NCBI GenBank assembly: GCA_965218695.1 | Contig: OZ244651.1 | Location: 1,440,001 to 1,504,000 of the forward strand | Reading direction: 5' to 3' | Length of the DNA stretch: 64,000 nt | Source: Nitrosopumilus sp. | GTDB taxonomy: Archaea > Thermoproteota > Nitrososphaeria > Nitrososphaerales > Nitrosopumilaceae | Shown: piece by piece, positions 30,909 to 46,586 of the stretch | Numbering within the stretch: position 1 is the first letter of the stretch | Layout of the letters: every line of letters starts with the position of its first letter | Position numbers and translations under genes: made by a program | Notes under the pieces: generated by a model | Database searches by the model: none | What the model was told of the DNA's origin: nothing | The model's input: the letters and a program-made list of their open reading frames with translations, nothing else

Positions 30909-32200
30909 CAGTTAAGTCAAATGTGCGCCCCAACTACGGAGGCGGTTCAGGCTCCGGTTTGATCTCGAACATGGCCATCATCAAGGTCTCCAAAAATGTG
31001 ATCTGTGCAATGACTGGCTCGCCGTCCCATCGGGATTGTGCCAACTCGACGTTTGCGCACACCCACATGTTGTACATGAGCAGCGCGTACGCAAAGTAAA
31101 TCGTCCTGGGGGCCACGCCGGCGCTCGAGGTCTTTATCCGGGTATTTTCGATCATCCGGTATCCGGTCTCTATCCCCCAGCGCATGGCGTACTTTTCAAC
31201 GTCAAGCCAGGGGGCGTTCGTGGCAAACATGATGAATTTTTCTTCAGGCTTTAGATCCTTCTTTTCTTTCTTCTTTTTGCTGATTCTCTTTCTTGGGACG
31301 ATGATTCCATAGTATGACGCGCTGATCTTGTCGGGGTTGGAGATGCTCATCTTGGATACCTTTTTGGATCCGGTGGATGCATGGTGTGCCAGAGCCTTCT
31401 TGATGGGACCTGTGTTGATGCACGGAATCAGGTACCGCACTCCCGTGGAGTCAAGCGTCCTGATCACGTCCGTGGAGTAAAACTCGCGGTCAAGCAAGAA
31501 CAGTCTGGGGTTTACGCCTGCATGCCTGACTTGTTCGATGATTTTACGCACGAAAACTGCATTCAAGGAGTGCTGCGTCATGTTCAGGACCGCAAGGTTC
31601 AGCCGCGAGCCCGCGTTGACGCATTGGGCCGTGATGTACGTCTCAAACACGTTCGTGCCACCCTTGCGCTTGCTGCGCACCAGCTTGTTCTCCCATTTTT
31701 TGTCGTACCGCGGTATGAGGTGCTTGTCTATTGCCACGACGGGTCTTTTTGGGAACCTTCCTGCTGCCCTGATCGAGGCGACCTGCCCGGATATGATCGT
31801 GCCGATGCATCCTTCCGCGAGACCAGTCTCTACGTTCTTTGTGCGTTGCCTGAACCACTCTGCAGTCGGCATGCGGGGGTTCCGTGCAGAAGTCGCCATC
31901 CTCGACTCCCGGATGGCTGTTACGACCGACGTCAGGTTGGAGCCGGTCATCACCGCCTTTATCATCATCTTGTGGAATATTTCGGGATCGTAGACGGTGT
32001 TGTACCTGTCCGAAAAACTGATGCACGACAGGCCCCCCAGCATGGCCACGTAGATACGTGAATATATGGAAACATTGTGTCCAATGTTGCGTTTCAGGTG
32101 GCGTTTGTTTGGTCGCAATATGTCATCTGGAACGCACTTTCATAGATCTGTTTCGGTTCCAGCCTAATCGGGTTCATTTGGTGCACATTTGACTTAACTG
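30909..32200 (-). mobile_element. ISH3-family (IS4-like) element
   Basis: TIRs CAGTTAAGTCAAATGTGC and GCACATTTGACTTAACTG; 5-bp TSD CAATG. Confidence 0.93.
30934..32118 (-). CDS. ISH3-family transposase
   Basis: VAIDKHLIPRY, LLDREFYS, YAMRWGIETGYR. Confidence 0.92.
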   Translation of the reverse strand: MRPNKRHLKRNIGHNVSIYSRIYVAMLGGLSCISFSDRYNTVYDPEIFHKMMIKAVMTGSNLTSVVTAIRESRMATSARNPRMPTAEWFRQRTKNVETGLAEGCIGTIISGQVASIRAAGRFPKRPVVAIDKHLIPRYDKKWENKLVRSKRKGGTNVFETYITAQCVNAGSRLNLAVLNMTQHSLNAVFVRKIIEQVRHAGVNPRLFLLDREFYSTDVIRTLDSTGVRYLIPCINTGPIKKALAHHASTGSKKVSKMSISNPDKISASYYGIIVPRKRISKKKKEKKDLKPEEKFIMFATNAPWLDVEKYAMRWGIETGYRMIENTRIKTSSAGVAPRTIYFAYALLMYNMWVCANVELAQSRWDGEPVIAQITFLETLMMAMFEIKPEPEPPP

Positions 32201-32412
32201 CAATGGTGCATAGGCATATATTCATGAGCCCCAAACAAGAGTTCCACAATATATGCATTTTTCAACTCCTAGCCTGTCGAACGCGCACCAACCCGACCCA
32301 GCCACCGCGCGCGGTGGGCCGGCCCCTGATCGTGCCTTTGCCCATGAGTCAGATCACCGGCTTTCCAGATAGCCTCATGCCACCATGACGTGCCAGAGCC
32401 GAAATATCCTAA

Positions 32413-32826
32413 GTGGTAAAAAGCATTACAAAATCAGGCTACCAAATACTTAATTTGTTTGAAGTGGATGAGTCTGTATTGGTTGAAGACGACACGGGCA
32501 GGGCAATCTACGAGTTGCGGCAAAGGATTCGGCGGATTCAAGAAGAACTGGACCAGATGGACGGTCCGGTATCGGACATTCCAGAACTGATAAACTCGAC
32601 AAACATACTGCGTGCAAACGAGCAGCTCACAAGGGTCGGCAGTAAGAAGTCAGAGTTGTTGGAAGCATATGGGCAGTACACGCAGGTTCTGACAGATGCC
32701 ATAATGACTATCATTACGACGCAGAACAAAATAGCAGAGATTCGAAAAAAACAGGCATCGGCAGTCCGGACAAGAAGGGCAGGGCCAAAAACCGGGCGCC
32801 GCAAAAAAGCCACCTCAAAAAACTAA
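32413..32826 (+). CDS. Coiled-coil hypothetical protein with a basic tail
   Basis: Clean ORF; the real start is probably a downstream GTG/TTG (~32464-32479). Confidence 0.7.
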   Translation: MVKSITKSGYQILNLFEVDESVLVEDDTGRAIYELRQRIRRIQEELDQMDGPVSDIPELINSTNILRANEQLTRVGSKKSELLEAYGQYTQVLTDAIMTIITTQNKIAEIRKKQASAVRTRRAGPKTGRRKKATSKN

Positions 32827-33100
32827 TTTTCAAGAGTTGGGGGTTTGCCACTGCAGCGCCAACGCACGAGCAGGGCGTGATGATCCATTACAATCGACGG
32901 CAGGGGCAGATAGGCCGCAGTATGGAACCGACGCATGGTCCGCCTACAAAAATACGATGCATGTTTGCCAATACGCGTTCCGGATGAATGGCAATGCGTG
33001 TTTTTTCACATTTTGAGCATGTTTTGGCATCTGTTCCAGGACGTCAGAGCGCATCCCGGATGGCATGCAATGAACATAATTTTATTAGCAAGATCGTGTA

Positions 33101-33589
33101 ATGGTGGACATGTCCGAGCCAGGTAATGCTAACAGGCCCGTCATCATACTTGCAAGGTGGTCAGACAGGTTCATCGCGTGGCTGATTGACGCCGTGATTC
33201 TGATGATTCTTGCATCAGCGCTGCTGATTGGGATGTCAGAGGCACAGGATTATGGTGCAGGAAATAATGAAATGTCAGACATAACAAACTATGCCGTCTC
33301 GGGCGCCGTCTTTTTTGCGTATTTTATAGCCCTGGAATACAGGACAGGTCAGACCATAGGAAAAAAGGTTCTCAACATAAGGCTGGTCGGGATGGACGGT
33401 GAGAAGCCGGGTTTGGCCGGAGTCGCACTCAGCAGCCTGGGAAAGGCATTCATCTTGCCGCTTGACGTCGTCGTCGGATGGATCGTCACCAACGACAAGA
33501 GGCAGAGGATATGCAACAAGCTCGGAGACACCATTGTCGTAAAAATCAAGGAATCGGAATATTCTGATCTAAAGTACGTAAAGGACTAG
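33101..33589 (+). CDS. RDD-family membrane protein
   Basis: RFIAWLID, GQTIGKKVLNI, DTIVV. Confidence 0.9.
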   Translation: MVDMSEPGNANRPVIILARWSDRFIAWLIDAVILMILASALLIGMSEAQDYGAGNNEMSDITNYAVSGAVFFAYFIALEYRTGQTIGKKVLNIRLVGMDGEKPGLAGVALSSLGKAFILPLDVVVGWIVTNDKRQRICNKLGDTIVVKIKESEYSDLKYVKD

Positions 33590-33784
33590 AAAAGATCCGC
33601 GGGGGCGCAAAAATATGCCCGACTGCAGCCAGCATGCAGGATGCGCGGCTGCCAAGTTGCAGACACGGATGCATAGCATCCGCTAGCCTGTGATTTAAAA
33701 ATAAAATCATCGTACAAGTCGTGTATGTGTTCCACTTGATGAATCGAAGATGATTCATCGTGCATAGTCTCTATGTAAGTGGCT

Positions 33785-36770
<2,986 letters not shown>

Positions 36771-36921
36771 AAATTCAGCCACATATTACACGACTATGCA
36801 CGATGATCATCGCAAGTCTCCCGGCGGAGAACCTGCTACATCCTTCATACACCACTTTCATGATGCATTGCATTTGATGCTTCGATGTGAAGATTTGTGC
36901 ATCCGTACACATTCCTTGTCT

Positions 36922-38393
<1,472 letters not shown>

Positions 38394-38754
38394 CTGAATT
38401 ATTATTATTTTGGTACGTATGTACCGTTGGAATTGACGGATGCACATAATCTTCACTTCTCAGATATTGATCGCTTGATCAAATCCTCATTTCTGTATGC
38501 GTAACTGGAGGCCCATGAATCACAAATTGGCACAATGCCAAGCTTCATCACAAGCGCCGCCTATTGCGTTACGTATGCAGAAGTATGAAAACGCAGAATC
38601 CATATAAACCATGCGTAGAACCTGTCCTGGCCGGTACAAACCCAAAAAGATGCAGCATTTCACACATGACACACCGTCGCTGCACCCCAAGGCACATTGC
38701 GGGCATGTCAATTTGGATAACAGTTAAAATGATAGCAGCGTCCACCGAGCAATA

Positions 38755-40068
38755 TTGCAAGATTATGTCTCTGAGTACAGAGAAAAGACAAGAGTATCTG
38801 CCAAGCTATTTTCAAAGTCAGTCAGGCTTCACGTAAACGGCGTATCCCACGACATCAGGCATTACGAGCCGTACCCGTTTGTCACCAGATCGTCTGCAGG
38901 CTCCGGTCTTGTGGATGTGGACGGCAACACGTATACTGACTATTGGATGGGTCACTGGAGCCTGATTCTGGGGCATGCCAACGACAGGATTGCAGAGACG
39001 CTAAGCGAGCAGATTTCCCACGGCTGGATGTACGGGGCGGTAAACGAGCAGACCATAAGACTCTCGGAACTGATCTCAAAGGCGGTTACCGTGTCTGAGA
39101 AGATTCGTTATGTGTCGTCAGGAACCGAGGCGACCATGTATGCAGTCAGGCTTGCACGCTCGGCAACGGGGAGAAGCGTGATTGCAAAGATCGACGGCGG
39201 ATGGCACGGGTACGCCTCGGATCTGCTCAAGAATGTGAGTTGGCCGTTTGCAGAACCGGAGAGCGCCGGGATGGTCGACGGGACAAAGATCGTATCCATC
39301 CCATACAACAACCTGGAGGAATCACTGAGTATCCTGAGGGAATGCGCAGGGGATCTGGCAGGAGTCATAATCGAACCAATACTTGGGGGCGGGGGATGCA
39401 TTCCCGCATCTGAGGACTATCTTGCAGGAATTGAGGAGTTTGTCCACAAAAACGGCTCGCTGTTCATACTGGACGAGATTGTTACCGGTTTCAGGTTCAG
39501 GTATGGATGCCTGTATCCTACGATGGGGCTTGATCCTGACATAGTGACTCTGGGAAAGATTGCCGGGGGCGGAATGTCGATAGGCATCATATGCGGCAAG
39601 GACGAGATCATGAGGCATGCAGACGCCACGGGGAAGAAAAAGTCTGAGAGAAGCTATGTCGGGGGCGGTACGTTCTCTGCAAACCCCATTTCCATGACTG
39701 CAGGGTATGAGACACTAAACCATCTGAGAACAAAAAGATCAGTATACTCAAAAATCAACGCCCTTGGCGAAACGACCAGAACGGAGCTTGCAAGAATATT
39801 TGATGGTAGGGCAGTGGTAACCGGGAAAGGATCCTTTCTCATGACACACTTTCCGAAGGACGGCGCAGTCACGATTACAGACGGGCTGCAGGCTGCCAGA
39901 TGCGACTGGCAGATGCTTCACGATTATCACTTTAAGATGATTGCGCACGACGGGATATTTTTTCTTCCAGGAAAGCTGGGTGCGATATCAGATGCGCACA
40001 CCAAAGACGACATCAAAAGAATGGTTCTTGCATCAGAAGACTTTGTGTGTGAACTTCCTGCGTCCTGA
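38755..40068 (+). CDS. hemL: Glutamate-1-semialdehyde aminotransferase (class III aminotransferase)
   Basis: [31 protein letters not shown]. Confidence 0.85.
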   Translation: MQDYVSEYREKTRVSAKLFSKSVRLHVNGVSHDIRHYEPYPFVTRSSAGSGLVDVDGNTYTDYWMGHWSLILGHANDRIAETLSEQISHGWMYGAVNEQTIRLSELISKAVTVSEKIRYVSSGTEATMYAVRLARSATGRSVIAKIDGGWHGYASDLLKNVSWPFAEPESAGMVDGTKIVSIPYNNLEESLSILRECAGDLAGVIIEPILGGGGCIPASEDYLAGIEEFVHKNGSLFILDEIVTGFRFRYGCLYPTMGLDPDIVTLGKIAGGGMSIGIICGKDEIMRHADATGKKKSERSYVGGGTFSANPISMTAGYETLNHLRTKRSVYSKINALGETTRTELARIFDGRAVVTGKGSFLMTHFPKDGAVTITDGLQAARCDWQMLHDYHFKMIAHDGIFFLPGKLGAISDAHTKDDIKRMVLASEDFVCELPAS

Positions 40069-40122
40069 CTTGTTTGACACTCCAGAGACTTGGAGGTGGA
40101 TTCAGGCCCCCCACGCGTGTTC

Positions 40123-40581
40123 CTAGATTGTGCCCGAGACCACGCTCTTAAAGTCAGACTCGTACCATACAGTCTCATACGCGGCGTTTCTTCCAGGCAG
40201 TATGTTTATGGCAATGTGGGAGAATGTCTCCCCGGGAGTCTCTGAGCCGTGTGTATGAAGTGTCTGCTTTGGGATCCGCACCACGTCGCCTTCCCTGAGT
40301 TCAATCCTCTGGGTTCTCTGGATTCCAAAGCTGTCCGTGCCGCCGGCTCCATTACGCTCAAAGATCTCAAGGCTGCCAGTGCCGGCAGTTGCAATCAGCA
40401 CCTGCGGCCCGTTGTGCACATGGAGTTTTGTCCTTGAACCATCCTCAAAGTGTACGTGATAGATGTCCTGCTCCTCGGATCCTATCTTATCTGAGAGAAC
40501 CTTCATCCAAGTTTTGGCAGTAAACCAGTCCGGATTTATCTCTCTCCGGTCTCCAGTCCCATGTATGTTTGATTTGTTCAT
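40123..40581 (-). CDS. Cupin-domain protein
   Basis: HVHNGPQ...GDVVRIP...HTHG. Confidence 0.85.
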   Translation of the reverse strand: MNKSNIHGTGDRREINPDWFTAKTWMKVLSDKIGSEEQDIYHVHFEDGSRTKLHVHNGPQVLIATAGTGSLEIFERNGAGGTDSFGIQRTQRIELREGDVVRIPKQTLHTHGSETPGETFSHIAINILPGRNAAYETVWYESDFKSVVSGTI

Positions 40582-40940
40582 ATTCGATCTAGGATCTTTT
40601 TCTTCTTTTCATTAAACTCGTCATCGGTGAGTATTCCGGTATCCCGCAGACTGGCCAGCCTTTCAAGCAGGTCCAGATCGTTTGCCGGGTCGGACCCCAC
40701 ATCACTCACGCGTGAAACCCCGGCGTTGATCTTTTGAATTCCTTTCTTTTGTAGCTCAACTCCCTCTTTTTTTGCCCGGCTGTGAATCTCCTTGGATGCC
40801 TTGGATGCCTGCCTGGCAGTCATCGATCCCATCTCGACTGCATCGTCAAGAATCTTGTCGGCAGACTTGACGCCGTTCTGCAGGGCCAAATCCGCCTTTT
40901 TCAGAAACTTGTCAATGTATCCGCTCTTTTTTGTTGACAT
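40578..40940 (-). CDS. SHOCT-domain protein
   Basis: C-terminal LERLASLRDTGILTDDEFNEKKKKIL. Confidence 0.8.
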   Translation of the reverse strand: MSTKKSGYIDKFLKKADLALQNGVKSADKILDDAVEMGSMTARQASKASKEIHSRAKKEGVELQKKGIQKINAGVSRVSDVGSDPANDLDLLERLASLRDTGILTDDEFNEKKKKILDRI

Positions 40941-41367
40941 GTGCGTGTTGATCCCCCTTTGTTCTATTATTTCTTTCTGCATGGGGATTCTGAAAAATCA
41001 TCTGGTGGTCAAAGCGGCCATGTCAGACATCGCACACAGGCGCCACAACTTGACAGCTACTGTCAATCTTCGGGAGCACGTCACAGGACACGATCATAGT
41101 GTAGTGGAAACAGGGAGGAGGATGTTGCTTGGCAAGACAGACACGCATCACACCAGAATGCTGTTTGGGATGCCGGTATGGGAATGACGGTTCTGGCCAC
41201 CAGACAGGACAGGAGTCGGTTGTCGCCACATACGGGGACTGCCTGTATTGCATGGCCGGGCAGTCAGGCTGGCAGCGCGCGTTTGTCAGATCCCGCGCGG
41301 CGTCTGAAAAATCTCAGAAAGATTCGATAACGCCAAGTCGCACCGCAAAACATGTTTAAAGTCAGGA

Positions 41368-42090
41368 TTGCATTACTTTATCGTACTTGAAAGAATCCCC
41401 GACACAAAGACAGTCGTACTGAGAATGAGCATCAGTGAGACAGAAGCAATGGAAATGGTGGAACAGAAAAAGGCAGGCCAGTTTGGCTCAATGCTTTCAA
41501 GAGCCAAAAAAGAGGAGATTGGTGTAGGTCTGCCGGAGATATACTACGAATGCATGCTGAGAGTTGCAGGAAGGTATGCGGCCAACTACTACATAAAGAA
41601 GGTTCATGCCATCACCGTGGCCTCAAATGTCAGAGATGTGGTCCTAGGGGGCACGGTATTTCCCGTCAACACAAAATCAAAATTTGGAAAGATCATCTCA
41701 GGAAAACACGGAAAGAACAAGGTTGAGCTGGAACTAGGAGAGCACGTCTTCATCGAGGAGGAGGACGAACTGACATTTGATCATCATGGAATGGAGACAG
41801 AATTTCCGTTCAAGATAGGCTCCAATACGGTTGAGAGTTATCCAAGCAGCATACTCGAAAACAGCAAGATAGCCGTCAGGGATACCAAGCTGACACGCGA
41901 TAAAGCAGTCCAGATACTTGAGCAGTCACTCAAGAGGGGCATAGACGATGAGGCACAGAATATTCAGGAGGAGTTTGTCCTGGACGGCATTACCAAGGTG
42001 TACGTCCCAATCTTTGAGGCCAGGCTGAGCGGACCGAACAAGAGGGAGAAAATAATTCGGATCGACGCCGTACGAAAGAAGATAGTGTGA
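41368..42090 (+). CDS. Hypothetical protein
   Basis: Long ORF with genome-typical codon usage; start uncertain. Confidence 0.75.
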   Translation: MHYFIVLERIPDTKTVVLRMSISETEAMEMVEQKKAGQFGSMLSRAKKEEIGVGLPEIYYECMLRVAGRYAANYYIKKVHAITVASNVRDVVLGGTVFPVNTKSKFGKIISGKHGKNKVELELGEHVFIEEEDELTFDHHGMETEFPFKIGSNTVESYPSSILENSKIAVRDTKLTRDKAVQILEQSLKRGIDDEAQNIQEEFVLDGITKVYVPIFEARLSGPNKREKIIRIDAVRKKIV

Positions 42091-42096
42091 CTGGCG

Positions 42097-42918
42097 TCAC
42101 ATCTTTACGAGCCTTCTGAACTGCTCGTCGTCGTAAAACCTTTGAAATGTCTTCTCCTCCTTTGCCCAGGCGCGAATCGTCTTGGGGTTCTTTGATACGG
42201 CCTGCCTCAGCAGGTTCATGGATTCAGAGTACCGGCCAATCTCCGCCAGGCTTCTGGACTTTGCATAGATGATGTTTACGTTGTCGCCGTACTTGGATAG
42301 GATCCTATCGAAGATGCCTACTGCCTTCGCATGCTTTCCAAGCTCTGCAAGCTCGATGCCCACATGGAAGAATGCATCCGTGTGGGACGGATTCTTTTTG
42401 TGAACCCTCTCAAAGCAGTTCAGCGCCTCCTCGTGCCTCTTGAGCTTGCCTAGGATGATCCCCTTGTAGAACAGCGCGTTTGTCTTTCTTGGGGCGATGG
42501 ATATTGCCTTTTCCAGTACGGTTATTGCCTCCTCGTGCAGCCGCAGCTTGTCAAGCAGCACCCCCTTGTTGAAGTATGATGCAGCATGCCGGGGGTCTGC
42601 GGCAATTGCACGATCATAGTACTCTGCAGCGCCCTGGGTATCGCCTAGTTCTGCAAGTGCAATTCCCTTGTTGTTTAGGGCCTGGGCGTCGTCTGGGTTG
42701 ATCCTCAAAAGTAGGTCAAAACACGTAACGGCATCGCTGTACTTTTTAATCTGGTTTAGCGCAAGGCCCTTGTTGTACAGCGCCGCTGCATTCTCAGAAT
42801 CCTGCTTTAGAACCTTGTTGAACAACGGGATGGCGCCCTTTGGAAGGTTCTGATTCATAAGTGACATTGCAGTATGCATCAGATCCTCCGGATGCTCTTT
42901 TGAGCCAAACAGCCCCAT
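42097..42918 (-). CDS. Tetratricopeptide-repeat protein
   Basis: Repeated A.ALYNKG..L...A...F motifs. Confidence 0.92.
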   Translation of the reverse strand: MGLFGSKEHPEDLMHTAMSLMNQNLPKGAIPLFNKVLKQDSENAAALYNKGLALNQIKKYSDAVTCFDLLLRINPDDAQALNNKGIALAELGDTQGAAEYYDRAIAADPRHAASYFNKGVLLDKLRLHEEAITVLEKAISIAPRKTNALFYKGIILGKLKRHEEALNCFERVHKKNPSHTDAFFHVGIELAELGKHAKAVGIFDRILSKYGDNVNIIYAKSRSLAEIGRYSESMNLLRQAVSKNPKTIRAWAKEEKTFQRFYDDEQFRRLVKM

Positions 42919-42957
42919 AACCTTATACCGTCACGCAATGGCTAATGAAAGTTTGGT

Positions 42958-43077
42958 TTACCGTAATGACTTGAATCTCTTTATTGCCTCTTTTGCCATC
43001 TCTTCTTGCTCCTCTGCGGTCGTATCGGTGGGGTCTTCAGTTGCATATGCTTCGCTGTCTTCCATGGATATTGACAT
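42958..43077 (-). CDS. Small acidic hypothetical protein
   Basis: MSISMEDSEAYATEDPTDTTAEEQEEMAKEAIKRFKSLR; same strand as the TPR gene. Confidence 0.4.
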   Translation of the reverse strand: MSISMEDSEAYATEDPTDTTAEEQEEMAKEAIKRFKSLR

Positions 43078-43248
43078 AATCGGCACGATAAAAACATGCT
43101 TCTTGCCACTCGAGATGTGGATGATTGCACGTCTTTCAGGACAATGCCGGGGAGGACGTGGGATCAGACATGGCCTGCTGGCTGGACAGCCAAACATGTC
43201 CGGAAATATAGATAATTATTTTTAACGTAGAGTATACCTATACCAACA

Positions 43249-43914
43249 GTGAACACAAACCAGGCCCTCAGACTGCTGAACGTGGACAAGGACTCTTCAG
43301 ACGAGGAGATCAAGTCGGCATATAGGAAGATGGCACTTGAGTTTCATCCGGACAGAAACAGGAACGACAACGAGGGTGCCGAATTTAAAAAGATCACAGA
43401 GGCGTATGCCTTTCTAAAAAAGAATCACCGTGCAAGCAAGCCACCCGGCACAAAGCCGAGGGCAAGGGGTGCAAGAGCCAGGTGGGGGGCAGCCCAGGAG
43501 AAGGAGGAGGATCAAAAGATTCCCGAGCAGGACTGGGGCAAGCACACTAGGGGATTCGAGGAGGCAGAACCGGACGTCTGGAAAGAGTATGAGAATAACT
43601 TTTGGAAGGAGTACAACGCCAAGGTACGGCCTGACGGCAGAAACGGCGAGTATGAGAAGGCAAGAGAGCCCAACGCACAGCCGAATCTCTTTGTGGATGT
43701 CGACAAGAGCAAGTGCATAGGCTGCTGCAGCTGCGAGACCATAGCGCCCAGCGTCTTTGAGATAGACAAGGAGAGCATGATGAACCCCAAGTCACGGGTG
43801 ATCAACCAGCGCGGGGCAGGCGTAAACAAGATAATGAGCGCCGCCGAGACGTGTCCTACAAAGGCAATCATCGTGGAGAACTGTGACACCAGGGAGAGAA
43901 TGTTCCCCTATTGA
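43249..43914 (+). CDS. DnaJ-ferredoxin fusion protein
   Basis: J-domain HPD motif; C-terminal CIGCCSC...CP ferredoxin motif. Confidence 0.92.
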   Translation: MNTNQALRLLNVDKDSSDEEIKSAYRKMALEFHPDRNRNDNEGAEFKKITEAYAFLKKNHRASKPPGTKPRARGARARWGAAQEKEEDQKIPEQDWGKHTRGFEEAEPDVWKEYENNFWKEYNAKVRPDGRNGEYEKAREPNAQPNLFVDVDKSKCIGCCSCETIAPSVFEIDKESMMNPKSRVINQRGAGVNKIMSAAETCPTKAIIVENCDTRERMFPY

Positions 43915-44324
43915 TTATCCTGTAGCATCTTGCATATTCCATCAGATTCTGACTCGGAGATGCTCAACGGCGGTCCAAACATGCTGTGTATGGGACCTGC
44001 AGAGTCGTCGGCATTCCTTGGAACCAGATGGACGTGTACGTGCGGTATCTCCTGGCCGGCATCCCTGCCGTTATGGATTGCGACCAGGGTGGAGCCGGAT
44101 ATCGAGCCAACCCTGGATGCCATCTTGCGCACCAGCAGGAACAGATCGGTAGTCTCCCGGACGCTCATGTCCTGAATCCTCTGCCTGTGCACCCTTGGCA
44201 TCACAAGCACGTGGCCCCTGGCAAGAGGGAATGCGTCCAGCATGGATACAGAGTCTGCAGTCTCCAGTACGACCCTGGCCGGAATTTCCCCGGATACTAT
44301 CCTACAGAAGATACAGTCCATCAA
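43908..44324 (-). CDS. HIT-family hydrolase
   Basis: CIFC, GHVLV, HVHVH. Confidence 0.93.
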   Translation of the reverse strand: MMDCIFCRIVSGEIPARVVLETADSVSMLDAFPLARGHVLVMPRVHRQRIQDMSVRETTDLFLLVRKMASRVGSISGSTLVAIHNGRDAGQEIPHVHVHLVPRNADDSAGPIHSMFGPPLSISESESDGICKMLQDNQ

Positions 44325-44359
44325 GCCAAGTACGGATCCTGAAGATATTAAACCACCGG

Positions 44360-44638
44360 TTACGGCTCGACTATGCTGGCCCAGGCAAGACCCTGGCCGT
44401 ACTTTACAGTTGCACTGTCCCCGGACGCAAGGGTGCAGTCCTCTATGGTCTTTGGAATGTCATCGCTGGTCTCCACATAGCAGACGCCGCCGCCGTTTGT
44501 CAGTATTGTAACATCCTCGTACACGTCCTCGCGAATCAGATTCCAGAAGGGAAACACCGCGGTGGCAAGGACAATCCCTGCAGCCACAATCGCGCCGCCA
44601 AACACAAGACCGCCCTTTTGGCTGGAAGTCAGTTCCAT
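44360..44638 (-). CDS. Small membrane-anchored hypothetical protein
   Basis: One N-terminal TM segment and two Cys. Confidence 0.75.
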   Translation of the reverse strand: MELTSSQKGGLVFGGAIVAAGIVLATAVFPFWNLIREDVYEDVTILTNGGGVCYVETSDDIPKTIEDCTLASGDSATVKYGQGLAWASIVEP

Positions 44639-44639
44639 C

Positions 44640-44804
44640 CTACCACGTACCGCCTTCGCCCAGATTGGTGTCCATCTTTTTGGCAGGAACGTTTCCGTGT
44701 GCCTTTTTCATGTGCCTCTTGAGGCGCTCCGGGTTGTAAAGCTCTGTGCCGCAGGTGCCGCACTTTGTCTGACTCTGATTCTTTTCACGCTTGAACAGAC
44801 CCAT
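44640..44804 (-). CDS. Small C2H2 zinc-finger protein (below the ORF-track cutoff)
   Basis: Hand translation: MGLFKREKNQSQTKCGTCGTELYNPERLKRHMKKAHGNVPAKKMDTNLGEGGTW. Confidence 0.8.
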   Translation of the reverse strand: MGLFKREKNQSQTKCGTCGTELYNPERLKRHMKKAHGNVPAKKMDTNLGEGGTW

Positions 44805-44858
44805 CACTTTGTGAATATTTGGGATACATTATAAAGGATACCTTGCTCGCAGGATGAT

Positions 44859-45998
44859 ATGGAAATTAGGAACATTACGGTCCTTGGATCCGGTGTCATG
44901 GGACACGGAATCGCCCAAGTCTCGGCAGCTGCAGGATACAACATAGTGCTGCGGGACATCAAGGAGGAGTTTCTGGACAGGGCCATGGGAAAGATAAGGT
45001 GGAGCCTGGACAAGATGGCATCCAAGGGGAGAATCTCAAGAGAGGAGAAAGATGCCATCCTGGGCAGGATCACCCCAGTCGTGGATTTGAACGAGGCAGT
45101 AGTCAATGCAGAGATGGTAATCGAGGTGGTTCCAGAGATTATGGATTTAAAGAAAAAGGTCTACGCAGAGCTTGACAGGACAGCCTCGCCGGAGGTCGTC
45201 TTTGCATCAAACACAAGCACGCTGCCAATCACCGAGATTGCGTCCACCACGTCCCGCCAGGACAGGTTCATCGGCATTCACTTCTTCAACCCACCGCAGC
45301 TGATGAAGCTGGTGGAGGTGATTCCAGGCGAAAAGACATCGGATGCAGTCACGGAGATGACCCTGGAGTATGTAAAGTCTGTAAACAAGCAGGCCGTGCT
45401 GTGCAGGAGGGATGTTCCCGGATTCATAGTCAACAGGCTGTTCATTCCGATGGTACACGAGGCATGCTATCTGATGGACAGGACAGGTGCCACGCTTGCA
45501 GAGATCGACTCGGCAGTCAAGTTCAAAATGGGATTCCCTATGGGGATATTCGAGCTTGCCGACTTTACAGGAATGGACGTAATCCACAAGGCAACCACAG
45601 AGATGCACATGCGCGACAAAAAGGTGATCAACCCGCATCCGCTGGTCGGAAGGATGTTTGAGGAGAAGAGGTTGGGGCAAAAGTCAGGAGAGGGATACTA
45701 CAAGTATTCCGAGGACAACTACGAGCGCATCGCACTATCAGAGGAATTGGCAGGCAGGTGCAATCCAATCCAGCTGGTGGCAAACATCCTAAACAATGCC
45801 GCATGGCTTGTCACGAACGGCGCAAGCGACATAGAGGAGATTGAAAAAGCCGCGCGGCTTGGGCTGGGACTAAAAAAACCCCTCTTTGAGACTGCAAGGG
45901 AGATGGGCATGAGTACCATCGTAGACGAGCTGAACAGGCTTGCAGGCTTGCATGGCGAATTTTACAGGCCGGATCCGCTGCTCGTATCTATGACGTGA
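44859..45998 (+). CDS. 3-hydroxyacyl-CoA (3-hydroxybutyryl-CoA) dehydrogenase
   Basis: GSGVMGHG, SNTSTL, HFFNP, GFIVNR. Confidence 0.93.
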   Translation: MEIRNITVLGSGVMGHGIAQVSAAAGYNIVLRDIKEEFLDRAMGKIRWSLDKMASKGRISREEKDAILGRITPVVDLNEAVVNAEMVIEVVPEIMDLKKKVYAELDRTASPEVVFASNTSTLPITEIASTTSRQDRFIGIHFFNPPQLMKLVEVIPGEKTSDAVTEMTLEYVKSVNKQAVLCRRDVPGFIVNRLFIPMVHEACYLMDRTGATLAEIDSAVKFKMGFPMGIFELADFTGMDVIHKATTEMHMRDKKVINPHPLVGRMFEEKRLGQKSGEGYYKYSEDNYERIALSEELAGRCNPIQLVANILNNAAWLVTNGASDIEEIEKAARLGLGLKKPLFETAREMGMSTIVDELNRLAGLHGEFYRPDPLLVSMT

Positions 45999-46497
45999 TC
46001 ATGCCAAGGATCAGCCGTACTGCATCAGCCGGGGTGTCGGCACCGACGATCCGAACGTGTCTTCTGTGATCCAAGAACCCGTCAATGTACCGCTCGGCAG
46101 GACCGCCAAGATTCCGTATTGCCACCATCGGTTTTTTGTTCATGTCAGCTGCGCACATCTCTGACAGCGTTCCGGTACCGCCGCCGACTATGATGATGCC
46201 GTCAGATGACAGGGCCGTCAGAAAGTCACGGGTCATGCCCATGCCGGTGGGAACCACAATGTCGCAAAACTCATTGGCGTGCGAAAAATCATCCTGGGGG
46301 ATTATGCCTACCGTGATGCCGCCTGCATCCCTTGCGCCCTGCGAGGCGGCACTCATTACGCCGTCCAGACCGCCGGTGATCAGCACGGAGCCGGACTTGG
46401 CAATCTCGGCACCCACCCCGTATGCGGCCTTTTCATGCTCCGGGGTGCATCCGTTCCTTCCGTGCCCTATGACAGTTATCTGGCGCATTCTTGCCAT
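45988..46497 (-). CDS. LOG/SLOG-family protein (TIGR00725-like)
   Basis: TGGLDGVM, GGGTGTLSE. Confidence 0.88.
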   Translation of the reverse strand: MARMRQITVIGHGRNGCTPEHEKAAYGVGAEIAKSGSVLITGGLDGVMSAASQGARDAGGITVGIIPQDDFSHANEFCDIVVPTGMGMTRDFLTALSSDGIIIVGGGTGTLSEMCAADMNKKPMVAIRNLGGPAERYIDGFLDHRRHVRIVGADTPADAVRLILGMITS

Positions 46498-46586
46498 GGC
46501 AAGAATTGTGCGCGTTCTTTTAAATATTTTTTAGATGCCGGGCAATTCCATTGCACAAATGCCAAGCCGTTCATTGATTAAACGCA

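Larger units (their letters stand above)
30261..32225 (-). pseudogene. Branched-chain amino-acid-type ABC substrate-binding protein, disrupted
   Basis: The signal peptide MNICLCTI|AAACLLAA is split by ISH3 and followed by a frameshift. Then VQIGALVP...VEDSATSP...KAH*IDSVVGTYSSAEL with an in-frame TGA at 30615; truncated. Confidence 0.75.

Noticed and set aside
40983-41360. Possible small gene or remnant between the SHOCT gene and 41368
   Set aside because: Several overlapping short ORFs, none with recognisable features.
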